Shown here in pieces: positions 20,128-28,480 of a stretch of DNA of 64,000 nt (the stretch's first letter is position 1; each line of letters begins with the position of its first letter). Both the position numbers and the translations under genes were made by a program. Source of the stretch: Bacteroidota bacterium (lineage in GTDB: Bacteria > Bacteroidota > Bacteroidia > Bacteroidales > UBA6013); NCBI GenBank assembly GCA_020048645.1, contig JAIFMG010000040.1:20068-84067 (forward strand), read 5' to 3'. The notes beneath the pieces were generated by a model, which was given only the letters and a program-made list of their open reading frames with translations, was not told the origin of the DNA and did no database searches.

Positions 20128-20408
20128 AATAAATGGGTGTTCTTTGCGAGGGGAGGCATGCAAGTTCTTCATAATACGAAATATAGGGGGATAAACTTGC
20201 ATTTAAAACTTAAAAATTCTAAATTGTTTGAAATTAGGCGGTTTGAGCGGATACTTTGCCCTTTGGAATATCCGCGCCAGGCTTTCTGGGGGAATTGGTT
20301 TGCCCAAGTATTTTTCGTTCCCGACCCGACTGGGCTTGCGAGTTTTTTTCCTTCCGGCCCTCCTTCCGGCCTGGCTTCCGGGTCCGCGGGACGTTCCCAG
20401 GGGCACCA

Positions 20409-20454
20409 GAAAGCGGAAGGCCTTCCCCCGATCGGGGGAAGGCCTTCCGCTTTC
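20409..20454. terminator. 46-bp perfect palindrome (hairpin terminator) closing the amidase operon
   Basis: gaaagcggaaggccttccccc-gat(c)-gggggaaggccttccgctttc. The arms are 21 bp with no mismatch. It lies 22 nt downstream of the stop at 20476. There is no U-tract. Confidence 0.6.
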
Positions 20455-20475
20455 GAAAAGGACGCGCTGGCGTTG

Positions 20476-21144
20476 TCAGCCCGCGGCTCCGGAGCCGCCG
20501 CCGAACTCGTCGTCCGCGCGGCGGGTGGTGTTCGGGTTGGGGCTTGCCGGGTCCAGGGTGCCGTTCGAGCCCGAGGCCGGGTCGCTGTTGGCTGTCCGCA
20601 CGCCGAGCGGAGGCGCGATGACGCTGTTGCCGGCGGGGTTGCCGGAGTGGGGCGGAGGCTCGGCCACGGTGCCGTCGCCGGAGATGCCCGAGCTTTCGAT
20701 GGCGATGCTGCGGTTGGCGCTGGTGACGTGGTGCATGACCTTGGAGCCGAAGTAGAAGGCGATCATCATCTGGAAGGCCACCATGAACTGGTGGAACTGC
20801 ACCTCGAACTCGATGATGTGTACCGTGGCCAGCTCGAAGAAGACCACCACGAAGAGGAGGGTCATGGTCAGGATGCCCCGCAGGACGCCCCGGGGCATGC
20901 TGAAGGTCTCGCCCGAGTAGGGGTTCTCGATTTCCTTGTTGTCGGCGTCGTACCATTTGCCGAAGGTGAACTTCTTGAGCAACAGGATGAACAGGAACAT
21001 GGTTCCGAACATCCAGAGGGCGATGGGCAGGTAAACCAGGACGAGGTATTCCCATGAGGAGGCGTCCATCAACTGCGAACTGTTGACGGTGGTGTAAACC
21101 TGTTGCCCCCCGAAACTGTCTTGAAAATCCAATTCTGCTTGCAT
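20476..21144 (-). CDS. Membrane protein with three TM helices and a low-complexity C-terminal tail, function unknown
   Basis: This is the real gene inside ORF 20476..21579. The ATG at 21144 gives MQAELDFQDSF.... The TM helices are WEYLVLVYLPIALWMFGTMFLFILLL, ILTMTLLFVVVFFELATV and FMVAFQMMIAFYFG. A Gly/Ser/Pro/Asn-rich tail follows. Confidence 0.6.
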   Translation of the reverse strand: MQAELDFQDSFGGQQVYTTVNSSQLMDASSWEYLVLVYLPIALWMFGTMFLFILLLKKFTFGKWYDADNKEIENPYSGETFSMPRGVLRGILTMTLLFVVVFFELATVHIIEFEVQFHQFMVAFQMMIAFYFGSKVMHHVTSANRSIAIESSGISGDGTVAEPPPHSGNPAGNSVIAPPLGVRTANSDPASGSNGTLDPASPNPNTTRRADDEFGGGSGAAG

Positions 21145-21176
21145 GTGTTGGGTCTGGTTGATGTTTTTCAGTAGGT

Positions 21177-21608
21177 CTAGTTGACGAGGAAGCCGATGAG
21201 CAGCGCCACGGGGATGCCCAGCAGGGCGAAGGTCTTCATGCGGGCCTGGCGGAGGGCTTCGCGGCGCATCTCGAAGGCGTGTTCCTCCGAGGCCGTTATC
21301 TGGCGCTCGTAGGAGGCCTCCTTCTCGCGCATCAGGGCGATGATGGAGTTCTTCTCGCCAATCTGGGCCTCGAGGTTCTCGACTTTGCGCTCGTAGGCCA
21401 CGACCAGGGAGTCCGAGATCTCCAGCAGCTTGGCCTTCTCGATGGTTTTCTTGAACTGCTCTTCCGAGAGCACCCACTCGGTCTTGTCCACCTTGTTCTC
21501 CCAGCTTTGGCCCGGGATCAGGCGGATGGGGTAGTTCTGGGCGGCGGAGGGCAGGCAGGCGGCCATGACGATGAGCCATGCGGCCAGTGTTCTCAGGGGC
21601 TTAGCCAT
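21177..21608 (-). CDS. Small envelope protein: N-terminal lipoprotein-like signal, coiled coil, C-terminal TM anchor (unimolecular-spanin-like layout)
   Basis: MAKPLRTLAAWLIVMAAC|LPSAAQ..., a central heptad-rich region, and the C-terminal MKTFALLGIPVALLIGFLVN. It overlaps the upstream gene by 8 nt. Confidence 0.6.
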   Translation of the reverse strand: MAKPLRTLAAWLIVMAACLPSAAQNYPIRLIPGQSWENKVDKTEWVLSEEQFKKTIEKAKLLEISDSLVVAYERKVENLEAQIGEKNSIIALMREKEASYERQITASEEHAFEMRREALRQARMKTFALLGIPVALLIGFLVN

Positions 21609-22047
21609 AGTATTTGCCGAATTCGTCGTTGAGCTGCTCGTCGTCCATGTTCTCGACCTCCTGGTGGACGGATTCCCGTTGCTCGCGGAGCGTGCGGATG
21701 CGGTCGTCGATGAGCTTCTCCTCCTCCTTGAGCTGCTGCACGCGCTGCTCGCGCTGGCGGATTTCCTGGTCGAGCTGCTCGCGGACCTGGGTCTCCTGGG
21801 CGCGGACGTTGTCGTAGCGCTGCTCGCTCTCCTGCACGCGCCCTCGGGCGCCGCGGGGGCGGCGGTTCTCGGTGTCGAGGATGCGCTGGAACCAGTTCTT
21901 GACCAGCATGAAGGGCCCGGCCAGGGCGGCCAGGATCATGGTCAGGGGTTGCCAGCTCACTCCGTCGAAGACGCCCCGGTCGTAGAGCAGGCCGATGATG
22001 ACCATCAGGGCCACCACCACTGCCACGATGGTGAGTATTCGTTTCAT
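21601..22047 (-). CDS. Two-TM protein with a highly charged C-terminal coiled coil (class II holin-like topology)
   Basis: MKRILTIVAVVVALMVIIGLLY...WQPLTMILAALAGPFMLV, then an Arg/Glu/Gln-rich tail of about 95 aa. It starts 18 nt after the amidase stop. Confidence 0.6.
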   Translation of the reverse strand: MKRILTIVAVVVALMVIIGLLYDRGVFDGVSWQPLTMILAALAGPFMLVKNWFQRILDTENRRPRGARGRVQESEQRYDNVRAQETQVREQLDQEIRQREQRVQQLKEEEKLIDDRIRTLREQRESVHQEVENMDDEQLNDEFGKYYG

Positions 22048-22065
22048 AGCTTGGGTATTAGGGGC

Positions 22066-22884
22066 TTAGCTTTGGGTGAGGAACTCGGCGGACACCCACC
22101 CTTGGATGGTGGTCTCGACCTTGGCCCATCCGTTCCGGGTCTCCAGGACGCGGACCTTGGTGCCTTTTTCCAGGGCCTCGGCCACCTTGGGGTTGGTGGA
22201 GCTGGGGCCCGAGCGGATGTTCAGGAAGCTGACCCCCACGCGCATCTCCTGGCTGGTCTGGTCGGGGCCGTCTTCGGCCCGGCCGGTGCCCAGCAGGCGG
22301 TTGCGGAAGGTGTCGAGCGGGAAGGCCGGCCCGGGGTCCTGCTTGAAGCTGGTGATCTCCTCGTGGCCGACGATGTACTTGATGCTGTACTTCTCGATCA
22401 GCGACGCGCAGAGCTCCTCGGTGGCCTGTATCTGGGCCTCTTTGTAGGCGTGCCAGTACTTGGGCTGGGTCTGGTTGCGGTGGGTGCCGTAGAAGGCGTC
22501 GCTGGGGTTGTAGGTGGTCCCGTACTGGCCCCGGAAGACGTTCCCGCTCTTGGTCAGCGGCCCCTCGTTCACGATCTCGATGCCGATGGAGTGCTGGTTC
22601 ATGCCCGTGCGGGTCAGGTGCTTGCTGGGGCCCGCGTGCCAGGCCACCAGGTTGAAGGGCACCAGTTGCGTGATGCTGCCGTCGTAGTCGATGACCACGT
22701 GCGCCGAGGCCTGGACCCTGGGGCTGACCAGGGTGTTGATGGCCGATTGGGCCGTCGGGCCCGCCGTGTAGTGGATCACGATGGTGTCCAGGTTTCCGGC
22801 TTTGAATTCGCCACTGTGGTTCGGCGAGCGGGTGAAAGGCTTCACCTGGCCGCCTTCTTTGAGCAAATGGTTCCTTATTTCCAT
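22066..22884 (-). CDS. N-acetylmuramoyl-L-alanine amidase (Amidase_2/PGRP fold) with a C-terminal SH3b domain and no signal peptide
   Basis: DTIVIHYTAGPTAQSAINTL...ASAHVVIDYDGSITQLVPFNLVAWHAG is the Amidase_2 signature. The C-terminal VSFLNIRSGPSSTNPKVAEALEKGTKVRVLETRNGWAKV is SH3b-like. The N-terminus MEIRNHLLKEGGQVKPF is hydrophilic. Confidence 0.85.
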   Translation of the reverse strand: MEIRNHLLKEGGQVKPFTRSPNHSGEFKAGNLDTIVIHYTAGPTAQSAINTLVSPRVQASAHVVIDYDGSITQLVPFNLVAWHAGPSKHLTRTGMNQHSIGIEIVNEGPLTKSGNVFRGQYGTTYNPSDAFYGTHRNQTQPKYWHAYKEAQIQATEELCASLIEKYSIKYIVGHEEITSFKQDPGPAFPLDTFRNRLLGTGRAEDGPDQTSQEMRVGVSFLNIRSGPSSTNPKVAEALEKGTKVRVLETRNGWAKVETTIQGWVSAEFLTQS

Positions 22885-22983
22885 GGATGTTCTTGTTTTT
22901 TTTTGCCTTCCTAAAATAGTGATTTTTCGCGCATCCCGAAAAAATACGCGCTCCGCCGCCGCGGCTCGCCGCGGGCATGGGCC

Positions 22984-23778
22984 TCACATCGCGTTGAAAC
23001 CTTGGCTCAGGTTGATGGGAACTATCTTGATTTTGAGGTAGTTGGGCGGGCCGCCGATGCCTGTGCGCTCGTAGGCGCAGAGCATGATGCCCTTGGAGCT
23101 CGACGGCTGAAGCAGCACGCCGAAAACATGCGCGTCGAGCATGAAGATCTCGTCTTCCGGCAGCTTGTCCTCCACTTGCTGGGCCCCCATTTCCTTGTTC
23201 CGGACGATGAAGCTGGCCTGGCTCACGACCCGGTAGCCGTCGTAGGGGTGCTCCTTGGTGGCCGTCTCGACCGAGAGCGTGTAGTCCTTGCCCTCGTAGC
23301 TGAACTCCTTGCCCAGCATCTGGAAGGCCTGCGTGGGCACCACTTCCCTTTGGCCGAGCAGGTCGGCGAAGGCCTGGCCTTCTTTTTCCCACAGGGTCTT
23401 GATGCCGCCCTCGTCGAAGGGCATCTCGGCGTCGGTGCCCAGCTCCCAGAGCACCTGGGTGCCGCTGGTGGCCGGGTCGAACAGGCAGAGCTGGGCCAGG
23501 TACATGCCCGTCTCGCCCGGGAAAGGCTCGTGGTAGTAGGCCAGTTGCCCGCTCGGGCTCCAGCCGATCGGGTAGAAGGCCTCCTTGAGCGCGTCCAGCT
23601 CCTGGCCGTAGTCGAGAATGGCCGGCTGCGAGTAGCTGTGGGTCGTGCTGGGGATTTGCTCCGTGCTGTCTTTCTGGCCTGGCTCTTGCGTGCCGCCTTC
23701 GCCGGAGCAGGAGATGCCGCCTTGCAGCAGCAGGGCGGCGAAAAGGGCTTTGAGCGCCGTCTGGGTGACTTTTTTCAT
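22984..23778 (-). CDS. Lipoprotein, hypothetical
   Basis: The ATG at 23778 gives MKKVTQTALKALFAALLLQGGISC, which has a lipobox. I recognise no domain. Confidence 0.6.
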   Translation of the reverse strand: MKKVTQTALKALFAALLLQGGISCSGEGGTQEPGQKDSTEQIPSTTHSYSQPAILDYGQELDALKEAFYPIGWSPSGQLAYYHEPFPGETGMYLAQLCLFDPATSGTQVLWELGTDAEMPFDEGGIKTLWEKEGQAFADLLGQREVVPTQAFQMLGKEFSYEGKDYTLSVETATKEHPYDGYRVVSQASFIVRNKEMGAQQVEDKLPEDEIFMLDAHVFGVLLQPSSSKGIMLCAYERTGIGGPPNYLKIKIVPINLSQGFNAM

Positions 23779-23934
23779 CGGTCGTGGGTCAACGGGTTTT
23801 GGGGAATGCTTGCGGCCGCTAAGATAGGCATTTATTCCGATTGCCCGTCCGTCCAAGTTCAAAAAAAGTATCCTGGTATTCTTGTCTTCTGTCTTCTTGG
23901 CTTGATTTTTTTATTTAGGCCCTGATAGACAAGA

Positions 23935-24330
23935 CTATGAAAACCATTTCCGAGCTTCTTCAACCGAATCGAAATACCGCAATTCATATGCCTTGTCCGT
24001 GTGGTCGTCGAGCACCTGCTCCAGCGATACCTGCGTGAAGATCTCTTCGCTGAGCACGATGGCCGCCCGGCCCTTGGTCGCGTGGACCAGGACGTTGGCC
24101 AGCACCCACTCCTGAAGGTCCGGGGTTATCGAGAAGGCCAGGTGCTTGTTGTCGGCGAGCATGTTGAGCGGGTCGGGGTTGGCCCGCAGGTGTTCGGCCA
24201 CGCGGAGCATGATGGCCTTGTATTCCTGGGCTTCCATCTCGGAACTCTCGGGCAGCCATATTACCTCGAAGACGCGGGCCTGTGGCTCCCAGTTCATTTC
24301 GCAGTAGCGCGATCGGTGGATGTTTTCCAT
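23935..24330 (-). CDS. Small cytoplasmic protein, STAS/SpoIIAA-like (hypothetical)
   Basis: 131 aa. The pattern ...VFEVIWLPESS...AIVLSEEIFTQVSLEQV...RYFDSVEEARKWF resembles the STAS-like DUF family common in Bacteroidota. Confidence 0.5.
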   Translation of the reverse strand: MENIHRSRYCEMNWEPQARVFEVIWLPESSEMEAQEYKAIMLRVAEHLRANPDPLNMLADNKHLAFSITPDLQEWVLANVLVHATKGRAAIVLSEEIFTQVSLEQVLDDHTDKAYELRYFDSVEEARKWFS

Positions 24331-24418
24331 GGCTTGTAGGGTTTGGATTGTTCCATGAAGATAGATTTTTTGGAACCACCCAGTCTATTTTTTCTTAAAA
24401 AAACACAATTCGACTTTG

Positions 24419-24454
24419 AAAAAGGCGGCTTCCCGGGATGGGGAGCCGCCTTTT
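24419..24454 (-). terminator. Intrinsic terminator (A-run / GC stem / T-run, bidirectional)
   Basis: aaaaaggcggct-tcccgggatgggg-agccgcctttt. The outer stem is 7 bp and the inner stem 3 bp. On the minus strand a U5 run follows, and the element lies about 30 nt downstream of the stop of the small ORF at 24486. Confidence 0.6.
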
Positions 24455-24485
24455 CCAATCTTGACTTGAGGGGAAGAGCAGCAGG

Positions 24486-24596
24486 CTACTTGCCTTTCTT
24501 GTTCTGTTGCTTTTCTTCCTTGGTGGTGAACTTTTTGCCTTTTTCAGCATCTTTGTTCTTTTCGCCACCGGCTTTCGTTCCTTTTTTCTCTGCCAT
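24486..24596 (-). CDS. Unannotated 36-aa lysine-rich small protein
   Basis: Not in the ORF track because it is too short. ATG 24596 ... TAG 24486 gives MAEKKGTKAGGEKNKDAEKGKKFTTKEEKQQNKKGK. It has its own intrinsic terminator immediately downstream. Confidence 0.4.
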   Translation of the reverse strand: MAEKKGTKAGGEKNKDAEKGKKFTTKEEKQQNKKGK

Positions 24597-24710
24597 TGTA
24601 GTAAGGTTTTAGGTTAAAAACTAAGCCTAAATTACGCGTTCTCGCATACAATTTCCAAACGGAGGGCATTTTTTTTTTCGGTTCCAATCACCCCAAACTG
24701 TTGACATCGG

Positions 24711-26606
24711 ATGGACAAGGCAAGTTACTGGTTTTCAATTGTTTCATTGTTGATTCTGCAAGGCTTTCCGGGGCTTGCCTGGGCGCAGGGCGGGCTTTAC
24801 GAGCCGCGGGAGATCCGCGAGGCCTACGAGCGTGGCACGCGCTCGCGCACGGGCGAGCCTGGGCCGGCCTACTGGCAGAACCAGGCCAGCTACCAGATAC
24901 AGGCCAGCGTCGAGCCCGAGCTGGGCCGTATCGAGGGGGCCATGCGGCTGGTCTATGTCCACAACGGGCCTGAACGCCTGGGCCAGTTGTGCTTCAACCT
25001 CTACCAGGACCTCTACCGCCGCGGGGCCCAGCGCAAGGTGGAGCTCGACGAGCGCGACCTCCACGACGGCACGCAGATAACCGACCTGGTCGTCAATGGC
25101 CGCCCCTACGGCCCCGGCTCGCTCAGCCGCGACGGGACTTCGCTCCAGGTCAACCTCGCGCAGTCGGCCTCGCCGGGCTACACCCTGCGCGTCAGCCTGC
25201 GCTGGAGCCTCTCCCTGCCCCAGCACGAGCTCGTCCGCATGGGCCGGTTCGGGCCCAACAGCCTGTTCGCGGGCTACTGGTTCCCGCAGGTGGCCGTCCG
25301 CGACGACCTCCGCGGCTGGGACCGCCTGCCCTACAACGGCCAGCAGGAGGTCTTCCAGGATTTCGCCGACTTCGACGTGCGCCTGACCCTGCCCACGCCC
25401 TTCACCGTCTGGGCCACGGGCGAGCTCCAGAACCCCGGCGAGGTGCTCCCGCCCTCGGCGCTCGAGGCCCTGGCCCGGGCCGCCGACTCCGACCAGACCC
25501 TGCTCGTGGCCGGCCAGCAGGCCCAGCTCGAGCGCGAGGCCCTGCCCGGGCCGACCCGCACCTGGCACTTCAAGGCCCAGAAGGTCAGCGACTTCGCCTT
25601 TGGCGCCAGTTCCGTCTATCACTGGAGCGCCCGCGCCGTGGTCCTTTCCTCGGGCCGGAAGGTCATGGCCCATGCCGCCTATCCGCCCGCCCAGGCCCTG
25701 CATTTCGGCAAGGCCCCGCAGATGATCGCCGAGGCCCTGGCCTTCTTCACCGATTCCATGCCCGCCGTCGAGTACCCCTTCCCGCACATGACCGCCTTCT
25801 GCGGCGGGCCTTCGGGCATGGAGTTCCCCATGATGATGAACAACTCGCCCCGCGGCTCGGCCAGCGCCACCTACGACGTGGTCGTCCACGAGGCCGCGCA
25901 CACCTACTTCCCTTTCATGATGGGCATCGACCAGAGCCGTTACGCCTGGATGGACGAGGGCTGGGCCATGTTCTTCTCCGCCCCGCTGATCGACCGCTTC
26001 ACCCAGATGCCCGGCGCCGAGCTGCGTTCGGCCATGAACCAGGTGCTCGGCTACGCCGGGACGCAGTTCGACGCGCCCATGATGCTGCCCTCGGCCATGA
26101 CCCTGGGCTTCGAGTACTACATCCCGACCTACTACCGCTCGTTCGTGGCCTACCACCTGCTGCGCGGCCTGCTGGGGCCCGAGCTGTTCCTGGAGGCCCT
26201 CCAGACCTACATCCGCCGCTGGCAGGGCAAGCACCCGACGCCCTACGACTTCTTCTACACCTTCGACCAGGTCTCCGGCCGCGACCTTTCCTGGTTTTGG
26301 AAGAGCTGGTTCTTCGAGCCCGGCTTCCCCGACCTGGCCCTGGCCGACTTCCGCCGCCTCGACGATGGCCAGTACGAGCTCGTGGTCCGCAAGGTCGGCA
26401 GCATGCCCCTGCCCACCGTCCTGGTCTTCTACGGGCAGGATGCCAGCCAGGAGCTCGAACGCGTACCGCTGCCCCTCGACACCTGGGCCGACGGCCGCGC
26501 CAGCCACCGCCTGGTGCTCAGCCTGCCCGCCCGCGTGCGCGGCGTCCGGCTCGCCGGCGAGCTGCGCGACATCGAACTTTCCAACGACATGATCCCCCTG
26601 CGATGA
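24711..26606 (+). CDS. M1-family zinc metallopeptidase (aminopeptidase N-like), secreted
   Basis: Signal peptide MDKASYWFSIVSLLILQGFPGLAWAQ. Zinc motif VVVHEAAHTYF...WMDEGWAMF (HExxH-x18-E). Confidence 0.8.
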   Translation: MDKASYWFSIVSLLILQGFPGLAWAQGGLYEPREIREAYERGTRSRTGEPGPAYWQNQASYQIQASVEPELGRIEGAMRLVYVHNGPERLGQLCFNLYQDLYRRGAQRKVELDERDLHDGTQITDLVVNGRPYGPGSLSRDGTSLQVNLAQSASPGYTLRVSLRWSLSLPQHELVRMGRFGPNSLFAGYWFPQVAVRDDLRGWDRLPYNGQQEVFQDFADFDVRLTLPTPFTVWATGELQNPGEVLPPSALEALARAADSDQTLLVAGQQAQLEREALPGPTRTWHFKAQKVSDFAFGASSVYHWSARAVVLSSGRKVMAHAAYPPAQALHFGKAPQMIAEALAFFTDSMPAVEYPFPHMTAFCGGPSGMEFPMMMNNSPRGSASATYDVVVHEAAHTYFPFMMGIDQSRYAWMDEGWAMFFSAPLIDRFTQMPGAELRSAMNQVLGYAGTQFDAPMMLPSAMTLGFEYYIPTYYRSFVAYHLLRGLLGPELFLEALQTYIRRWQGKHPTPYDFFYTFDQVSGRDLSWFWKSWFFEPGFPDLALADFRRLDDGQYELVVRKVGSMPLPTVLVFYGQDASQELERVPLPLDTWADGRASHRLVLSLPARVRGVRLAGELRDIELSNDMIPLR

Positions 26607-27259
26607 AACCCACAGCCCCTGGGCGCGAGGCCGCGCTGCTCGACATGGCCTACCTGCCCAACATCCAGTACCTGGGCAAGTTCCTGCTCTACGACACCAT
26701 CGTCTTCTGCCAAGGCGAGCGCTATTCCAAGCAGACCTTCCGCAACCGCGCCCGCCTGGCCGCCGCCAACGGACCGCTGGAGCTCGTCGTGCCCGTCAGG
26801 GCCGGGCGAGGCCTGCGCCTGCCCATGGCCGAGGCCCTGGTGGACAACAGCCTCCCCTGGTGGCGCAACCACTGGCAGAGCATCGTCTCGGCCTACCGCT
26901 CATCGCCCTTCTTCGAGCATTTCGAGGATGAGCTGCGCCAGATCCTCTGGGCCCGGCACGAGCGGCTCATCGAGCTCGACTTGGCCCTGCTCCAGTTCCT
27001 GCTCCGCGCCTTCGGCATCCGCAAGCAGCCTCTTTTCCTCGACTGCCCAGCCCACGAGCTGCCGAATTGGGCCGACTGCCGGCCGCTCTTCTCGCCCAAG
27101 GAGGCCCGCCAGGCGCCCGACCCGGACTTCCGCCAGCGGCCCTACGCCCAGGTGTTCGCCCCCCGGCACGGCTTCCTGCCCGGGCTCTCGGCCCTCGACC
27201 TGCTTTGCAACGAAGGCCCGGACGCCCGCGACGTCCTGGCGCAGTGCCTGGTGCCCTGA
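26603..27259 (+). CDS. WbqC-like family protein
   Basis: The ATG at 26603 overlaps the peptidase TGA as ATGA. MAYLPNIQYLGKFLLYD...ERYSKQTFRNRARLAAANGPLELVVPV...WWRNHWQSIVSAYRSSPFFEHF is the WbqC pattern. Confidence 0.75.
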   Translation: MKPTAPGREAALLDMAYLPNIQYLGKFLLYDTIVFCQGERYSKQTFRNRARLAAANGPLELVVPVRAGRGLRLPMAEALVDNSLPWWRNHWQSIVSAYRSSPFFEHFEDELRQILWARHERLIELDLALLQFLLRAFGIRKQPLFLDCPAHELPNWADCRPLFSPKEARQAPDPDFRQRPYAQVFAPRHGFLPGLSALDLLCNEGPDARDVLAQCLVP

Positions 27260-27310
27260 CTCCGAAATCCTTCCGCAAGCCCATTTCCACCCAACCGAAA
27301 TCCCTCCCGC

Positions 27311-28240
27311 ATGACCCTGCAACAGTTGAAATACGTCGTGGCCCTGGACAGCTACCGCAGCTTTTCCGTGGCCGCCGAGCATTGCCTGGTCAGCCAGCCC
27401 ACCCTGACCATGCAGCTCAAGAAGCTCGAGAACGAGATGGGATTCAGCATCTTCAACCGCAAGAAGTCGCCCCTGCGGCCCACCCAGATGGGCGCGCTGA
27501 TCGTCGAGAAGGCCCGGCAGGTGCTCCGCGAGGTCGAGCAGATGCAGGCCCTGGTCCGAGGCGAGCAGGAGAGCGTCGAGGGCGAGTTCCGGCTCGGGGT
27601 CATTCCCACGGTCGCGCCTTACCTGCTGCCCCTTTTCGTGGGAGACTTCATCGAGCACAACCCCAAGACCCGGCTGCTGGTCGAGGAGATGAAGTCCTCC
27701 GAGATCATCTCCAAGCTCCGCGACGGCAAGATCGACGTCGGCCTGCTGGTTACGCCGCTCGACGAGGCCGACCTGCGCGAGGTGCCGCTCTACTACGAGC
27801 CTTTCCACCTCTTCGTCTCGCCCGGCCACCCCCTCTCGCTGCTCGACGAGGTCTCGCCCGACGACGTCGAGCAGGCCGACGGGCTCTGGGTGCTCAACCA
27901 GGGCCACTGCTTCCGCAACCAGGTGCTCAACATCTGCCACCGCCCCAGCTCCGCCAACCTGGGCCGCCTCCAGTACGAGAGCGGCTCCATCGAAACCCTC
28001 AAGCGCCTGATACGCACCAACTTCGGCTACACCCTCGTGCCCGAGCTCTCGCTCGATGCCGAGCTCGACAACGTCCGCCCCTTCGCCGAGCCGCAGCCCG
28101 TCCGCGAGGTCAGCCTCGTGGTCCACAACAGCTTCGTCAAGGAGCGCCTCATCGAGGAGCTGCGCCGCGAGATCCTCGAGGCCATTCCCGACAAGATCCG
28201 CAAGAACCGCCGCTACATCAAGGTCCGCTGGCGCTCCTGA
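27311..28240 (+). CDS. oxyR: LysR-family peroxide-sensing regulator OxyR
   Basis: N-terminal wHTH MTLQQLKYVVALDSYRSFSVAAEHCLVSQPTLTMQLKKLE. The redox cysteine pair is conserved with OxyR spacing (GHCFRNQVLNIC, C-x8-C). It sits next to dps. Confidence 0.8.
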   Translation: MTLQQLKYVVALDSYRSFSVAAEHCLVSQPTLTMQLKKLENEMGFSIFNRKKSPLRPTQMGALIVEKARQVLREVEQMQALVRGEQESVEGEFRLGVIPTVAPYLLPLFVGDFIEHNPKTRLLVEEMKSSEIISKLRDGKIDVGLLVTPLDEADLREVPLYYEPFHLFVSPGHPLSLLDEVSPDDVEQADGLWVLNQGHCFRNQVLNICHRPSSANLGRLQYESGSIETLKRLIRTNFGYTLVPELSLDAELDNVRPFAEPQPVREVSLVVHNSFVKERLIEELRREILEAIPDKIRKNRRYIKVRWRS

Positions 28241-28480
28241 GGGCAAGTTGTGTTCAAACGTACAGGGAAAATCTTTTTTGGCTCTTCAACATTTTTTGTG
28301 GAAACAGGATCCTAGGGCAAACAGAAGCCGGAAATATGTTGAATTTCAATGCCATGTCCGTGATCATCCACCCAATTCGTGCCATTTGCCTTCCCAATCC
28401 ACCCCAAAGCCCCAAGGACAATATTTTCCTGTCTTGGGGTCTATTGTTTTCAAAAGGGGGAATGATTTGAAGGTTTCGGT

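Noticed and set aside
16700-20128. A 1142-aa ORF on the plus strand, fully antisense to the WD40 gene. Similar full-length antisense ORFs lie at 3168-6242, 6777-8891, 10342-12837, 13661-15394, 24744-26507, 29326-31662, 37748-39055, 39569-41068, 44140-46248, 57196-58902 and 61965-63998.
   Set aside because: These are stop-codon-poor shadow frames, as expected in GC-rich genes. Their translations are low-complexity (Val/Gly/Ala/Asp/Glu/Leu/His runs) with no recognisable motif. The opposite strand in each case encodes a protein with clear family signatures.
20104-21057. A 317-aa plus-strand ORF and other ORFs across the WD40 promoter and the 3-TM gene.
   Set aside because: They cross an AT-rich promoter region and a perfect palindromic terminator, then run antisense to a membrane-protein gene that has coherent TM helices.
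20476-24596. Calling the amidase region a prophage or prophage remnant.
   Set aside because: No structural, replication, integrase or repressor genes occur in or near it. The composition is host-like, and the flanking genes are ordinary lipoprotein and STAS-like genes. It is reported only as an orphan lysis-type cassette.
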